Below, in pieces: positions 38,436 to 50,484 of a DNA stretch of 64,000 bases (its first letter is position 1; every line of letters begins with the position of its first letter). The position numbers and the translations under genes were made by a program. The notes beneath the pieces are model-generated. The model was not told the DNA's origin. It was given only the letters and a program-made list of their open reading frames with translations, and searched no databases. Source of the DNA: Epiperipatus broadwayi (taxonomy: Eukaryota > Animalia > Onychophora); assembly GCA_028023455.1 (NCBI GenBank), contig JAQFVV010000001.1, positions 35,030,001 through 35,094,000 of the forward strand, written 5' to 3'.

Positions 38436-40969
38436 ACTGGACCAAAACTCCCCTGTGGATTTCCTAATCCTAATCTTGCACTGAGCATGAAGTGAACAAG
38501 ATTTAACAGGAAAAGAAATGGATACCAATTTAGCCGATTATCTATACTCATGTATATTGGTAATTCCAGCTAAACTGATAGAAAGAGCGGATTGACAGGA
38601 CTCTTCCAGTTAAAAACACCCTTTATTTGATATCTTATTTAAATGCCCGAATATTTAGAACAATGGCAAGTACACACCTTTGAAAAATCTATTTACAAAA
38701 TAGACCTTTGTGCGCCACTTCTAAAAAAGAATTAAAAAAAAAGAATTTTTCCCCCTCCCAGAAGGATGTGCAATACCATATGTCCAGCGAAACATGAGAA
38801 TAAGATTCACCACCCCGGTAGAGCGATATCCCTTTGTGGCTAGCTCAGTCAATCTACATCTAGGGTCTTCAAATGGGTAAGTTAAATGATTATTACAGGT
38901 ACGTGGTTGATAAGGAAAGAATACATTTTTATCAATATAAATAATAATTCGAAACCGAAACAAGTTTAATATTATGATTAACTATTTATTTAATCCCAAA
39001 TACCCACCACCGTTTCATACTAATGATGATATAATAAAAAGAATACTAAATAATTAATGATTACAAACCCATATATATATTTGATGCTTTTACATATATA
39101 AATACAATTTAAATGATTACAAAAATAGATAAACCCCTAAAGCTATTTACAATAAGAAACTTCATAAAGAATGGAAGTGGTCTGAGCCCCTTTTACCCAG
39201 TAGAAATAAATTTTCCTTTGTGTGATTTGCTATACAGATATGAGATTCCCGGTGATACAGGCATACGCTTTTACTGATGACTTTAAACCCCCCCCCTTTT
39301 TTTATATAGATAAATTCCTATACATGTATATATGTGCGGCACAATTATACACTTATTACTATTTTAAATATAAAGTTATTAGAGGACTTGTTTACAGGGA
39401 ATCTATAATAGATCAATCCCTTCTTGCACCATCATGAGGTGCCGCAGTGACAAAAAAAAAAAAACTTAAAAAGAATATACGGTTAAATACATTTTTTTTT
39501 AGATATTCAACATGAGATATCGTATTTACCGAATATTATAAGCGTATGTACGCATATATACACATGTATATTTATATATGATGAATTTCAGGAATAACAG
39601 CAAGAGCAAAACGTATAGCAACAACAACAAAAAAAAGAATCTCATTGCAATCTTTGTTGAAAATATTAAAATAGAAAAATTGACTCAAAAGATTTAAGTA
39701 AAAGCTTTATCATATATGCCTGTAATAACTGCAAATTCAATATACATATGCGAGAGACTCTCTCTCTTTTTTTTAAATGATTAATAATAATAACAAAAAA
39801 TAATAATAATATATTTAATCGGAAAAATCAAAGTTAATTATTTCAATATTAACAAAATCTCTTAAAATAAACCTATATCTGCATCTTCATTCTTCTCCTC
39901 TGGGCTCTGAGTGGGCTTCAAGTCAACTGGCTGTGTAGTGAGGATTTCATTTATTTAGTAAGGCAGCATTTGTCATCATCGTGGGCAGCTGGAAACTGGC
40001 GTGGTCACATCTTGGCGGCTTGGGACAGAGAAAGAGTGGTACACCGGCTGGTTGTCTACCCCACAGTCATTTTACTGGACTCACTGGTAGATTGCTTCAT
40101 ATTTTCCTCTGTTTGTATATGATAATAAATTTTATCAAATGTTCATTTTTCTATCTTGACTAGTTTATTAAATTCTTAAGAAATCAAGAGTTCTTAAAAC
40201 AACTATATAATGGATTTCTTAGAAAATGTCAGCAGCGGTCTAGTCCATAAATTTATCTCTAAGTTGCTAGATGATTGAAAATCTCTGGAGCCAAAGTAGT
40301 GAACGACTTGAATGCCCAAGAAAGAAAAAAAAAAATCCCCCAGCACTATCAATCCCACTAATAAAACCCAATTCAGATATCCCTCTGAGAAGGATGAATC
40401 AGCCAATCCTTTTAATTTACCTTATCACTTAGATTATAAACATTCCTCTATATCTTTCCGATTAAATTCTACATTTTAAGTTTGACAATGGTTTCCATCT
40501 TGAATAACCCAGACCACTTGCTTACAAAATCAATTCAAAAGAATTTTTTAAAAAGATAACAGTTTAATTATAGCATTATCAAACCTTTTGCTTTTGATCA
40601 GATTTTTGCAAAAGCAATTAACATTTTTTTTTCTTATGGAATAAAATTACAATCTTTAGAAAATTAAAAAAAATATACAAGTATATTAGAAAATAAAAAA
40701 GCAAATACATATAATGACATATCATAAAAAATATACAAAAAGGAAAAACAAAAACAACACATGAGTTTATTATGCAATATTTTGTATGTCAATTTCATAT
40801 TACTTTAAATTGGTGTGTGTGGGTATTTTAATGCTCAGACCAACTTCCATTATTAATATAGCACGTTTATATAGTTGTTGTGCCTAATATGTACAAATCT
40901 ATATATGTATCTGCTGTAATATTCTTTACAGCAGATTTTGTGCAAGGCCATTTGATAATGCCTGGCACA
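38433..40969 (-). repeat. 3' LTR (2537 bp)
   Basis: TGTACTGGACC...CCTGGCACA; direct repeat of 45904-48434 with about 2% differences. Confidence 0.97.
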
Positions 40970-40984
40970 ATACCCCCCTCTCCA
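40970..40984 (-). other. Polypurine tract
   Basis: Minus strand TGGAGAGGGGGGTAT immediately before the 3' LTR. Confidence 0.85.
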
Positions 40985-41085
40985 ATGAGACTTTTAAATG
41001 GATATGACCATTTAAAGTCTTAAGTTCTTATTTATACAGATATTATGAACTATACATGTGAGATGATTTCGGAGCATCCTGGATG

Positions 41086-42114
41086 CTATGGTATGGGTTT
41101 TAGTGCATGAGCATTGTATGTGCCCTTTATTCCCTGTTCTGTTTTAATCCAGAAAGCATTATCCCCACTGCACTCCACAATTTCAAAAGGGCCTTCATAA
41201 AGGTTAAAAAAATTTTTACACTGGAACTTTTCTGGAATGCTCACATGAGGCGTTCTGACCATCACTCTATCCCCTACCTTGAACCGGTAGTTTTGCGTGC
41301 TGTGTTTCCTTTTCTTTCTTCTGAGACTCATCTTGTGCATCTGAGCTTGAGCCTTTTTTTTATCTAATTCTATGTCAATTGTTTTGTCTCTGCTCCCTGG
41401 GAAATTTGCCTTGAAGAGTTTTGGTACAAGTTTTCCAAAATGTAGCTGTGATGGAAGGAATCCTGTGGATTCATGTACAGACCAGTTTATATAATTTAGT
41501 ATCTGAGGTAGCTGTTTTACCCATCCCTTATGGTTTGTTGGTAAGTATGTACTAAACAGCTTTCCCAACTCTCGCATAACTCTTTCACAGGGATTACTTT
41601 GGGGGTTATGGATTGACGTAAGTACATGTTTAACTCCCCGCTTAGCAACCAATTTGTTCCATTCTTCTGATACAAAAGGGGTTCCATGGTCTGTCAGGAT
41701 CGTTTCTGGTTTCCCAACTGTGTTAAAATGTGAGGATTCTAGAACCTTTATAGTTTCACGTGTTGTAGCTCTTGCTAAAGGGTAGGCTGCCACAAATTTG
41801 GAAAAAAGGTCATATACAACGAGTAAATATCTTTTTCTATTGAAGGGCAGCAGAGGACCGTAAAAATCCATGGCCATTATTTCCTTCGAATTGTTAGGGA
41901 TGATTGATTTCATTGGAGTTATGTATGCTCTATTCAGTGGTTTTGCACGCTGGCATATTTCACATTTGTTCAAAATCTTTATTATGTCTTGGTGCATCCC
42001 AGGCCAATAGAACCAGCGCTTGAGGCAATATTCAGTTTTTGGAGTTCCATAATGTCCATATAGTCTGTGAATGTAATCAGTGAGAAAGCCCCGAATGGCT
42101 GGTGGTACCATCAC
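41086..42114 (-). CDS. pol: Gypsy integrase (in frame with RT/RH across one premature stop)
   Basis: HHCC (YIHRLYGH...KCEICQ), DDE (MDFYG, TDHGTPF, CERVMRE), GPF motif; 42237-42114 is in frame and open. Confidence 0.95.
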   Translation of the reverse strand: MMVPPAIRGFLTDYIHRLYGHYGTPKTEYCLKRWFYWPGMHQDIIKILNKCEICQRAKPLNRAYITPMKSIIPNNSKEIMAMDFYGPLLPFNRKRYLLVVYDLFSKFVAAYPLARATTRETIKVLESSHFNTVGKPETILTDHGTPFVSEEWNKLVAKRGVKHVLTSIHNPQSNPCERVMRELGKLFSTYLPTNHKGWVKQLPQILNYINWSVHESTGFLPSQLHFGKLVPKLFKANFPGSRDKTIDIELDKKKAQAQMHKMSLRRKKRKHSTQNYRFKVGDRVMVRTPHVSIPEKFQCKNFFNLYEGPFEIVECSGDNAFWIKTEQGIKGTYNAHALKPIP

Positions 42115-42237
42115 TCTCCATTCATCAATGTCTTCTTGAATTTGGTAATATAAAACCCCCTTTTCTATCTTGTATCGGCATTTCTTGCCTAGGGTACTGT
42201 CATCCTTCTGAGGAGATTGTGTACACAGTGTTATGAT

Positions 42238-44067
42238 TCAGTTTAAGTCCTTATCTTCATGCTGTCTCTTTGACATTTGTTTTAGATGTTCCTCTATGTC
42301 TTTGTCCTTACATGATATGCTCATCATGTATGCATGCTCTATCCTCAAGTGTTGTTGTTGTTGAGTTTGAATGGGATGACAACTGAGGATGTCAGCCACT
42401 ACATTCTCAGTTCCTTTGCAATGTTTCACCGTATAATTAAATTCTTGGAGAAACAAACTCCAGCAAACTAGTCGGCTATTAGTGAGATAGCTGTGATTTA
42501 GAAATTGAAGACTCTTGTGGTCTGTAATTACTATCACTTCAGAGCCTAGTAGCATAGGGTGAAATTTCTCAAATGCCCATACGATTGCAAGGGCTTCTTT
42601 TTCTGTAACTGTGTAATTACGTTCAGGTCCTTTCAACAACCTGCTTATGAAGTACAGGACCCATATCTGACCATCTTGCTGAACTTGGGATAGTGTGACA
42701 CCCAATCCATATGCACTGCTATCAGTTTGGAGTATAAAGGGTTTGTCAAAGTCTGGGTATGCCAGCACTACTTGTTTTATAAAACTTTTCTTAATCTCAG
42801 CAAATGCTTCCTCTTGTTCACTGGTCCAGTTCCAATGGGTATCTTTCCTGAGTAATCTTAGTAAAGGTTCCATTCGGTCAGCAAATTTTTCACAGAATCT
42901 GTTGTAAAAGTTGCATAGTCCTAAAAAGGACCGAATGTGCTTTCGTGTTTTAGGTACAGGGAAGTCATTTATTGCACTGATTTTATCAGGATGAGGTTTG
43001 ATTCCTGTTCGTCCCACCAAATGACCCAAAAATTCTATCTCCTCAGAGATCAATATACTCTTTTTCAGATTGATTTTGATTCCTTTAGCTTCACATTCTG
43101 CAAAAAATATTTGTAAGTGTTGGAAGTGTTTTTCCAGAGATGTGGATGCTACCACAACGTCATCCACATATACTGTTAAAATTTTCTTAATTTCCTGAGA
43201 CAAAACCTGGTCCAGACATCGTAATAAACCTGCACCGCTATTAACTAAGCTGAAAGGCATTCGATTAAATTGGTATGTGTGGCCTCCATATCTAAAAGCT
43301 GTGTATTTGTGATCTGTGTGATGTAATTCTATCTGCCAGTAGCTAGCAGTTAAGTCAAATGTGGAAAATATTATTTTGTCTTTAAATTTCATGATTAATT
43401 CTTGCATACGAGGTGGAATAGTACAATCTGGTATTGTGGCCCTGTTAAGTTGTTGTGCATCAAGGCATAACCGCACGGATCCATTTTTCTTTCTGACCAC
43501 CACTAGGGGGTTCCAGTATGGGGAAAAGCATTTATCAATGATGCCCCATTTCAACATTTGTTCCAACTGTTTCTCCACCACCTCCTTAAATTTGTGTGGT
43601 ATGGGGTAGGATCGCGCTTGGAACGGTTCTCCTGGTTTCAACCTGATTCTTTGTTTATATCCTTTAATGAGCCCAGGACTATCAGAAAATATGTTTTTAT
43701 AAGTATAAAGCATAGATTTGAGTTTTTCTGTCTCAGTGGCAGAAGTCAGTTTTGCTCCATTTGCCTTTTCTTCCATGAGCTCCATGTCCAGTTGGGTCAT
43801 ACAACATGCCTCAGTATCCTCATGTAAGTGGGGTTTTAGCATTTCAATTTGTTTGTCATTGCACACTACCAGCCGATGTTCATAATCTAAAATGCATCTG
43901 TTTTTGTGTAGGAAATCTGAACCCAACACAACTTCATGGATAAGACTGGTCATTATTAAGAACACTTTGTATATCATCTTATGCTGTATGTGCATCTGTA
44001 CCCAAATTTGCTTAGGCAGAAGTTTTGCTTTCCGGTTGTTTGCTAATGTTATTTGTGCTGTCTTCAA
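42238..44067 (-). CDS. pol: Gypsy protease C-terminus, reverse transcriptase and RNase H
   Basis: VRLCLDAQQLN, FDLTASYWQI, YVDD, FLGHLV, TDSSAYGLG, EKEALAIVW, TDHKSL; ends at TGA, probably CGA>TGA. Confidence 0.97.
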   Translation of the reverse strand: MKTAQITLANNRKAKLLPKQIWVQMHIQHKMIYKVFLIMTSLIHEVVLGSDFLHKNRCILDYEHRLVVCNDKQIEMLKPHLHEDTEACCMTQLDMELMEEKANGAKLTSATETEKLKSMLYTYKNIFSDSPGLIKGYKQRIRLKPGEPFQARSYPIPHKFKEVVEKQLEQMLKWGIIDKCFSPYWNPLVVVRKKNGSVRLCLDAQQLNRATIPDCTIPPRMQELIMKFKDKIIFSTFDLTASYWQIELHHTDHKYTAFRYGGHTYQFNRMPFSLVNSGAGLLRCLDQVLSQEIKKILTVYVDDVVVASTSLEKHFQHLQIFFAECEAKGIKINLKKSILISEEIEFLGHLVGRTGIKPHPDKISAINDFPVPKTRKHIRSFLGLCNFYNRFCEKFADRMEPLLRLLRKDTHWNWTSEQEEAFAEIKKSFIKQVVLAYPDFDKPFILQTDSSAYGLGVTLSQVQQDGQIWVLYFISRLLKGPERNYTVTEKEALAIVWAFEKFHPMLLGSEVIVITDHKSLQFLNHSYLTNSRLVCWSLFLQEFNYTVKHCKGTENVVADILSCHPIQTQQQQHLRIEHAYMMSISCKDKDIEEHLKQMSKRQHEDKDLN

Positions 44068-44078
44068 TGGTAAGATTT

Positions 44079-45080
44079 CTATGCTTGGGTTTTTTTTACA
44101 ATGCAGTGGTATAGATCTTCTGATATTACAGAGATTTGACTGCCCGAATCCAGCATGGCCGTGACTTCAAGTCCCTCCATTGCCAGCCTGATCTTGGGAC
44201 AACTTTGTGGAGCATATTCAGGCACTCTATCTTCCCATGAACATATCAAGTTTGATATTTCTTTGTCCATATTAGTCCATGGTTTTATGATGTGGCCACA
44301 GAACTCTTCATTTTTGTTCCTGTTTGTGTGATTGGTATGTTTATCTTCCCAAACATTTGCTGATAGCTTGTATTGCTTGCTCATGTCTATCTCATTTAAT
44401 AATTCATCCATTTGTTGCACTGAATCTGTCCTTGCAGTGAGCACCATTTGTTCAACATGAAGTGGCAAATTACGGCGGATTATCCTGACAATACGCCCTT
44501 CTGATATGTGGCATGCTTTCAGTGTCTGAAGTCTTGCTGCTTGTCTTCTGAAAAATTTCAAATAATTTTCGCCAGTATTCTCTTTATATTTTTCCTGCAT
44601 GACTTGTTGCAGGATCATATCTTGGCACTGTTCACTCCAAAAACTTTCTAACAGTATCTTTTTATAATCCTCAAATGTTTTGGGATGGTGGAACAAGGAC
44701 TGCCACCATGTGTGAGCATCGCCATGGAGGTGATTGTAAGCAATTGCCAGTTTACCAAAGTCATTAATTTGATTCACTTGGAAATATGTTTCTAAGCTTT
44801 TAATATGCTCGATAAAAGCTTCATCTGTTTGTCCCTCAAATACCTTTATTTTTATAAATTGGTTTATATTGCACGAGTAAGATTGTCCCTTTTCTCTTTC
44901 GTGTGTCTCATTTTTAAAGCTATAAAATCTTGTTTCGATTTCCTTTGACATTTCACGTTTGAACTCCTCCATTCTTTGGTTCGTGTATGCAGTATTTTCC
45001 GAGAGTTGTTGAGTCAGTTCATTTATCTTTTGTGGTATTCTGGCCATTTCTTGTTTTATATTCACTAAAGTTTCTTCCAT
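44079..45080 (-). CDS. gag: Gypsy Gag (capsid-like) fused to the protease N-terminus
   Basis: Coiled-coil-like start, retrotransposon-gag pattern (AHTWW...TFEDYKKILLESFWS), aspartic protease motif LDSGSQISVI; no CCHC knuckle seen. Confidence 0.9.
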   Translation of the reverse strand: MEETLVNIKQEMARIPQKINELTQQLSENTAYTNQRMEEFKREMSKEIETRFYSFKNETHEREKGQSYSCNINQFIKIKVFEGQTDEAFIEHIKSLETYFQVNQINDFGKLAIAYNHLHGDAHTWWQSLFHHPKTFEDYKKILLESFWSEQCQDMILQQVMQEKYKENTGENYLKFFRRQAARLQTLKACHISEGRIVRIIRRNLPLHVEQMVLTARTDSVQQMDELLNEIDMSKQYKLSANVWEDKHTNHTNRNKNEEFCGHIIKPWTNMDKEISNLICSWEDRVPEYAPQSCPKIRLAMEGLEVTAMLDSGSQISVISEDLYHCIVKKTQA

Positions 45081-45878
45081 TATGTTTTACATTTAAAACA
45101 TAGTTATAAGTATTATTCAGGGGCTACGTTATAAGTATTTATATTCGGTATATATATACGTTTTAGTTACCGATGAGTTAAATACAGAATCGGTAATATC
45201 GGATATCTTATTTTTATTATTAAATTATTTTTTAACTATTTGTCTTATTTTTAAATACACAGTACACCGCCCACCTAACTTTGTCTTATTCCACTCGCCA
45301 ATTATTTGTTTTTTCTATGCCCTGTTCCAGTTATTTTGCCCCCTTTTACCTACTCTATTTAATTCTATTTATCGACCAAAAAGAAAATCACGTTTAACAT
45401 ACGAAACTTATTTCGTTATGCTAGTATTCAACACTATTTTATTTTACCTAAACGACAACAACAAATTATATAGTAAGTTACTTCAAATCATTACGAAATT
45501 TTTACTTCGTTTAGCCAGTATTTAACAGTATTTCATTTTACTTTCTCTCTTTTTCTTTTTCAAAACAAAACAAAAAATCAAGAAATTCGATTGTAAGTTA
45601 TTTTAAAATATTATGATATAATAAATTATTACTTTTATTTGTAATAACTCCGACCATTTATATACGCATAGATACAGCATGTGACCTACTCCCCCCACTC
45701 ATTCATTTAATAATTTTTATATACTTTATTACTATTTTAATTACAGATGTTGACGTCAGTTTTTACCTACACTTACATTAAGTTTATATAGACATAAGGC
45801 ACGTAATATATTTTTACTGTAATTTTCACATTTATATAATTTAACTTGTTCTTTCCCTAATCATATCATTTTACATTT

Positions 45879-45896
45879 AAACCACGTGTGGCACCA
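45879..45896 (-). other. Primer binding site (tRNA-Lys-like)
   Basis: TGGTGCCACACGTGG, 7 nt after the 5' LTR; 12/15 match to TGGCGCCCAACGTGG. Confidence 0.7.
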
Positions 45897-45903
45897 ATTA
45901 TAC

Positions 45904-48434
45904 TGTACCGGACCAAAACTCCCTTGTGGATTTCCTAATCCTAATCTTGCACTGAGCATGAAGTGAACAAGATTTAACAGGAAAAGAAATGGATACCAAT
46001 TTAGCCGATTATCTATACTCATGTATATTGGTACTTCCAGCTAAACTGATAGAAAGAGCGGATTGACAGGACTCTTCCAGTTAAAAACACCCTTTATTTG
46101 ATATCTTATTTAAATGCCCGAATATTTAGAACAATGGCAAGTACACACCTTTGAAAAATCTATTTACAAAATAGACCTTTGCACACCACTTCTAGAAAAG
46201 AATAAAAAAAAGAATTTTTCCCCCTCCCAGAAGGATGTGCAATACCATATGTCCAGCGAAACATGAGAATAAGATTCAACACCCCGGTAGAGCGATATCC
46301 CTTTGTGGCTAGCTCAGTCACTCTACATCTAGGGTCTTCAAATGGGTAAGTTAAATGATTATTACAGGTACGTGGTTGATAAGGAAAGAATACATTTTTA
46401 TCAATATAAATAATAATACGAAACCGAAACAAGTTTAATATTATGATTAACTATTTATTTAATCCCAAATACCCACCACCGTTTTATACTAATGATGATA
46501 TAATAAAAAGAATACTAAATAATTAATGATTACAAACCCATATATATATTTGATGCTTTTAGATATATAAATACAATTTAAATGATTACGAAAATAGATA
46601 AACCCCTAAAGCTATTTACAATAAGAAACTTCATAAAGAATGGAAGTGGTCTGAGCCCCTTTTACCCAGTAGAAATAAATTTTCCTTTGTGTGATTTGCT
46701 ATACAGATATGAGATTCTCTGTCATACAGGTATACGCTTTTACTGATGACTTTAAAAACCCCCTTTTTTATATAGATAAATTCCTATACATGTATATACG
46801 TGCGGCACAATTATACACTTATTACTATTTTAAATATAAAGCTATTAGAGGACTTGTTTACAGGGAATCTATAATAGATCAATCCCTTCTTGCACCATCA
46901 TGAGGTGCCGCAGTGACAAAAAAAAAAAAACTTAAAAAGAATATACGGTTAAATACATTTTTTTTTAGATATTCAACATGAGATATCGTATTTACCGAAT
47001 ATTATAAGCGTATGTACGCATATATACACATGTATATTTATATATGATGAATTTCAGGAATAACAGCAAGAGCAAAACATATAGCAACAACAACAAAAAA
47101 AGAATCTCATTGCAATCTTTGTTGAAAATATTAAAATAGAAAAATTGACTCAAAAGATTTAAGTAAAAGCTTTATCATATATGCCCGTAATAACCTCAAA
47201 TTCAATATACATATGCGAAAGACTCTCTCTCTTTTTTTTAAATGATTAATAATAATAACAAATAATAATAATAATATATTTAATCGGAAAAATCAAAGTT
47301 AATTATTTCAATATTAACAAAATCTCTTAAAATAAACCTATATCTGCGTCTTCATTCTTCTCCTCTGGGCTCTGAGTGGGCTTCAAGTCAACTGGCTGTG
47401 TAGTGAGGATTTCATTTATTTAGTAAGGCAGTGTTTGTCATCATCGTGGGTGGCTGGAAACTGGCATGGTCACATCTTGGTGGCTTGGGACAGAGAAAGG
47501 GCGGTGCACCGGCTGGTTGTCTACCCCACGGTCATTTTACTGGACTCACTGGTAGATTGCTTCATATTTTCCTCTGTTTGTATATGATAATAAATTTTAT
47601 CAAATGTTCATTTTTCTATCTTGACTAGTTTATTAAATTCTTAAGAAATCAAGAGTTCTTAAAAGAACTATATAATGGATTTCTTAGAAAATGTCAGCAG
47701 CGGTCTAGTCCATAAATTTATCTCTAAGTTGCTAGATGATTGAAAATCTCTGGAGCCAAAGTAGTGAACGACTTGAATGCCCAAGAAAGAAAAAAAAAAT
47801 CCCCCAGCACTATCAATCCCACTAATAAAACCCAATTCAGATATCCCTCTGAGAAGGATGAATCAGCCAATCCTTTTAATTTACCTTATCACTTAGATTA
47901 TAAACATTCCTCTATATCTTTCTGATTAAATTCTACATTTTAAGTTTGACAATGGTTTCCATCTTGAATAACCCAGACCACTTGCTTACGAAATCAATTC
48001 AAAAGAATTTTTTTAAAAAGATAACAGTTTAATTATAGCATTATCAAACCTTTTGCTTTTGATCAGATTTTTGCAAAAGCAATTAACATTTTTTTTTTCT
48101 TATGGAATAAAATTACAATCTTTAGAAAATTAAAAAAATATACAAGTATATTAGAAAATAAAAAAGCAAATACATATAATGACATATCATAAAAAATATA
48201 CAAAAAGGAAAAACAAAAACAACACATGAGTTTATTATGCAATATTTTGTATGTCAATTTCATATTACTTTAAATTGGTGTGTGTGGGTATTTTAATGCT
48301 CAGACCAACTTCCATTATTAATATAGCACATTTATATAGTTGTTGTGGTTAATATGTACAATTCTATATATGTATCTGCTGTAATATTCTTTACAGCAGA
48401 TTTTGTGCAAGGCCATTTGATAATGCCTGGCATA
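45904..48434 (-). repeat. 5' LTR (2531 bp)
   Basis: TGTACCGGACC...CCTGGCATA; the outer terminus reads CATA instead of CACA. Confidence 0.97.
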
Positions 48435-48460
<26 letters not shown>

Positions 48461-48465
<5 letters not shown>

Positions 48466-48688
48466 CAAAGGGAGATTATGAGTTTAATAACTCTTAAGTG
48501 CCATATTTCATTTGGTTGATAAATTAATTTCAGTCTGAATTACCAACAGTGTTAATAAAAATATGTTTATAAATGTAAGAGCTCCAAGAATAGATGGATT
48601 GAATCTATTCTTGATTCTTTGTTCAACACTTAGAGTGCTTTTAATTCATAGCCTGTGAGCATGGGAGTGATTTACTCCCTTTGTTTAT
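48461..48688. mobile_element. Possible ~230-bp MITE
   Basis: 14-bp perfect inverted ends ATAAACAAAGGGAG / CTCCCTTTGTTTAT in TA-rich context. Confidence 0.4.
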
Positions 48689-49239
48689 ATATACACTGAG
48701 CTATGTTTAATTTAAATTTATGAACATATATTCTAATTCTCGTTAGAATTATTTAGATTATGTTAATGCAATAAAGATCATTTTAAAAACCCATTCATTT
48801 TATAAGTTTATGGTGATTATTATTTTGTTGATGATTAGTACACTCATAATACCAGATGGCACATAGTATTTATGAAGATCAGCAGTGATGTAATAATCCT
48901 AACATTTTTTTGATATGCGTAACTCTATAGTTATGTTTAGCATTTATGTATGTGAATGTAGCTGAAATATTGATGATTGTTTTATAATATTACATCACAA
49001 ACTTTGCATTGACCAGTTGATGAGTAGCTTAAGATTTTATAGTTTATCTATTGCAAATTTATCATATACTATTATTTATAATTACTTATGTTGTTTTCCA
49101 ATGCCGAATCATTTACTGTATTTGTATTTATTCATTGGATTATGTTTATTTGCATTTCGTCATCTACCCTTATATTCCATATACTGTATATATATACACA
49201 CACACCAAAGTATGTTTATATAAATAAATATATATGTAT

Positions 49240-49744
49240 TTATTAAAACAGGCAAAACTCTATATGTATCGCCACTCAGTGCAAGTCAGAGTAATTAATG
49301 GATGTCAGAAAGCTTGTGCATAAAATCCTTATCTTGCCTACTCATCCAATATTCCCAGACTAGTTTCTGGCTTGTGGCCTTCATCAGTGAGGAACATTGG
49401 ATTTGAGAGCACTGCACCTAGATCTTAGGATCTAACACAATCCTCCAGCATTCACATTTTGTCTCTACTTAACTACAAAACCATGAGTCTTAAATTGAAA
49501 ACACTATAATATTTTCAATCCAACCTCATTACCTCATATAGTCATATAAGTCTGAACTCAGTTCAGTACCTATACATTTTGGTGACTTTGATTCTTTAAA
49601 GGCCACAAGCCAGAAACTAGTCTGAGGATATTGGATGAATAGGCACTATATGGGGATTTTATGCACAAGCCTTCTGGCATCCATTGATTACTCTGGCTTG
49701 CACTGAGTGGCAATATGTATAGAGAGTTTTGCCTGTTTTAATAA
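49240..49744. mobile_element. Head-to-head PLE-like terminal repeat (arms 49240-49381 and 49599-49744)
   Basis: ~140-bp arms at about 85-90% identity; the left arm holds a complete canonical-core hammerhead on the minus strand, the right arm a 5'-truncated copy. Confidence 0.7.
49352..49394 (-). ncRNA. Minimal type I hammerhead ribozyme (canonical CUGAUGA core)
   Basis: TTCCTCA-CTGATGA-A-GGC(CACAA)GCC-A-GAAA-CTAG-T-C-TGGGAA; palindromic stem III ACTAGT, GUC triplet; the right arm has TGAGGA, a perfect partner for TCCTCA. Confidence 0.7.
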
Positions 49745-50484
49745 CAATTATAAGCAAGCATAAGAAATGATGATCATGTGATGTTTATTTATTAGTTGCT
49801 AGTAACATTTTATATTGATCTTGCTATGGTCAGCTGACATATCTTTCATTTTTCTAAATAATTATATCAAATAGAAATTGTCAAATAAACTTCTAAAAAG
49901 TATGAATGAATGTTAAACTGAAATAGGACTGTGCTTGTAATTTATAAATGATTCTACACAAAAGTAATTCTACTATGAAGTGTTAAAACTATGTATTACA
50001 GTTACACTATTGCAAAGTAATTATTTTCATATTTTTCTAACTTCACTTTACTGATATCATATTCTTATTGAAGTTTACAACAACCTTTTCCTTTGAAAAT
50101 TTAGTGAATACAATTACTTATTAAAAAAACTAATTAATATCATAGCATGAACTATGATTTAAAATTGTTTTCAAATGTAATCTTTCATTTAAATTCATAA
50201 TGTTATGTTAATGTTAAATTGAATAACATTTTTTTCATATATATATTTGCGATATTTGGATTTTTAATTCAGTATTTTTTTTAAAAATCTATTTGAAAGA
50301 AAACACATTATTTTAATCCCATCCTAATTAATTCACATCATGAAGCTTAAACATTTGTGATAAAAAAATATTATGTCCGGATTTTTTTTATATTTTTTCT
50401 TTATACACTATATATGCAAATATTTATAATTTAAAAACATGACTATTCACATACTACTTATTTACTTTTAAATTTTGCTATACG

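Larger units (their letters stand above)
38433..48434 (-). mobile_element. Full-length Ty3/Gypsy LTR retrotransposon (10,002 bp), probably Osvaldo/Ulysses-like
   Basis: Two ~2.53-kb direct LTRs, PBS, PPT, gag-PR-RT-RH-IN order, no env; ATAT on both sides within (TA)n. Lineage is inferred from the long LTRs and Lys-type PBS. Confidence 0.97.

Noticed and set aside
38721-40406. Short ORFs repeated in both LTRs (also 46160-47925)
   Set aside because: Duplication is explained by the LTRs; no domain recognised, and stop positions differ between copies.
41107-44164. Plus-strand ORFs over the Gypsy pol region
   Set aside because: Antisense shadows of the minus-strand frame.
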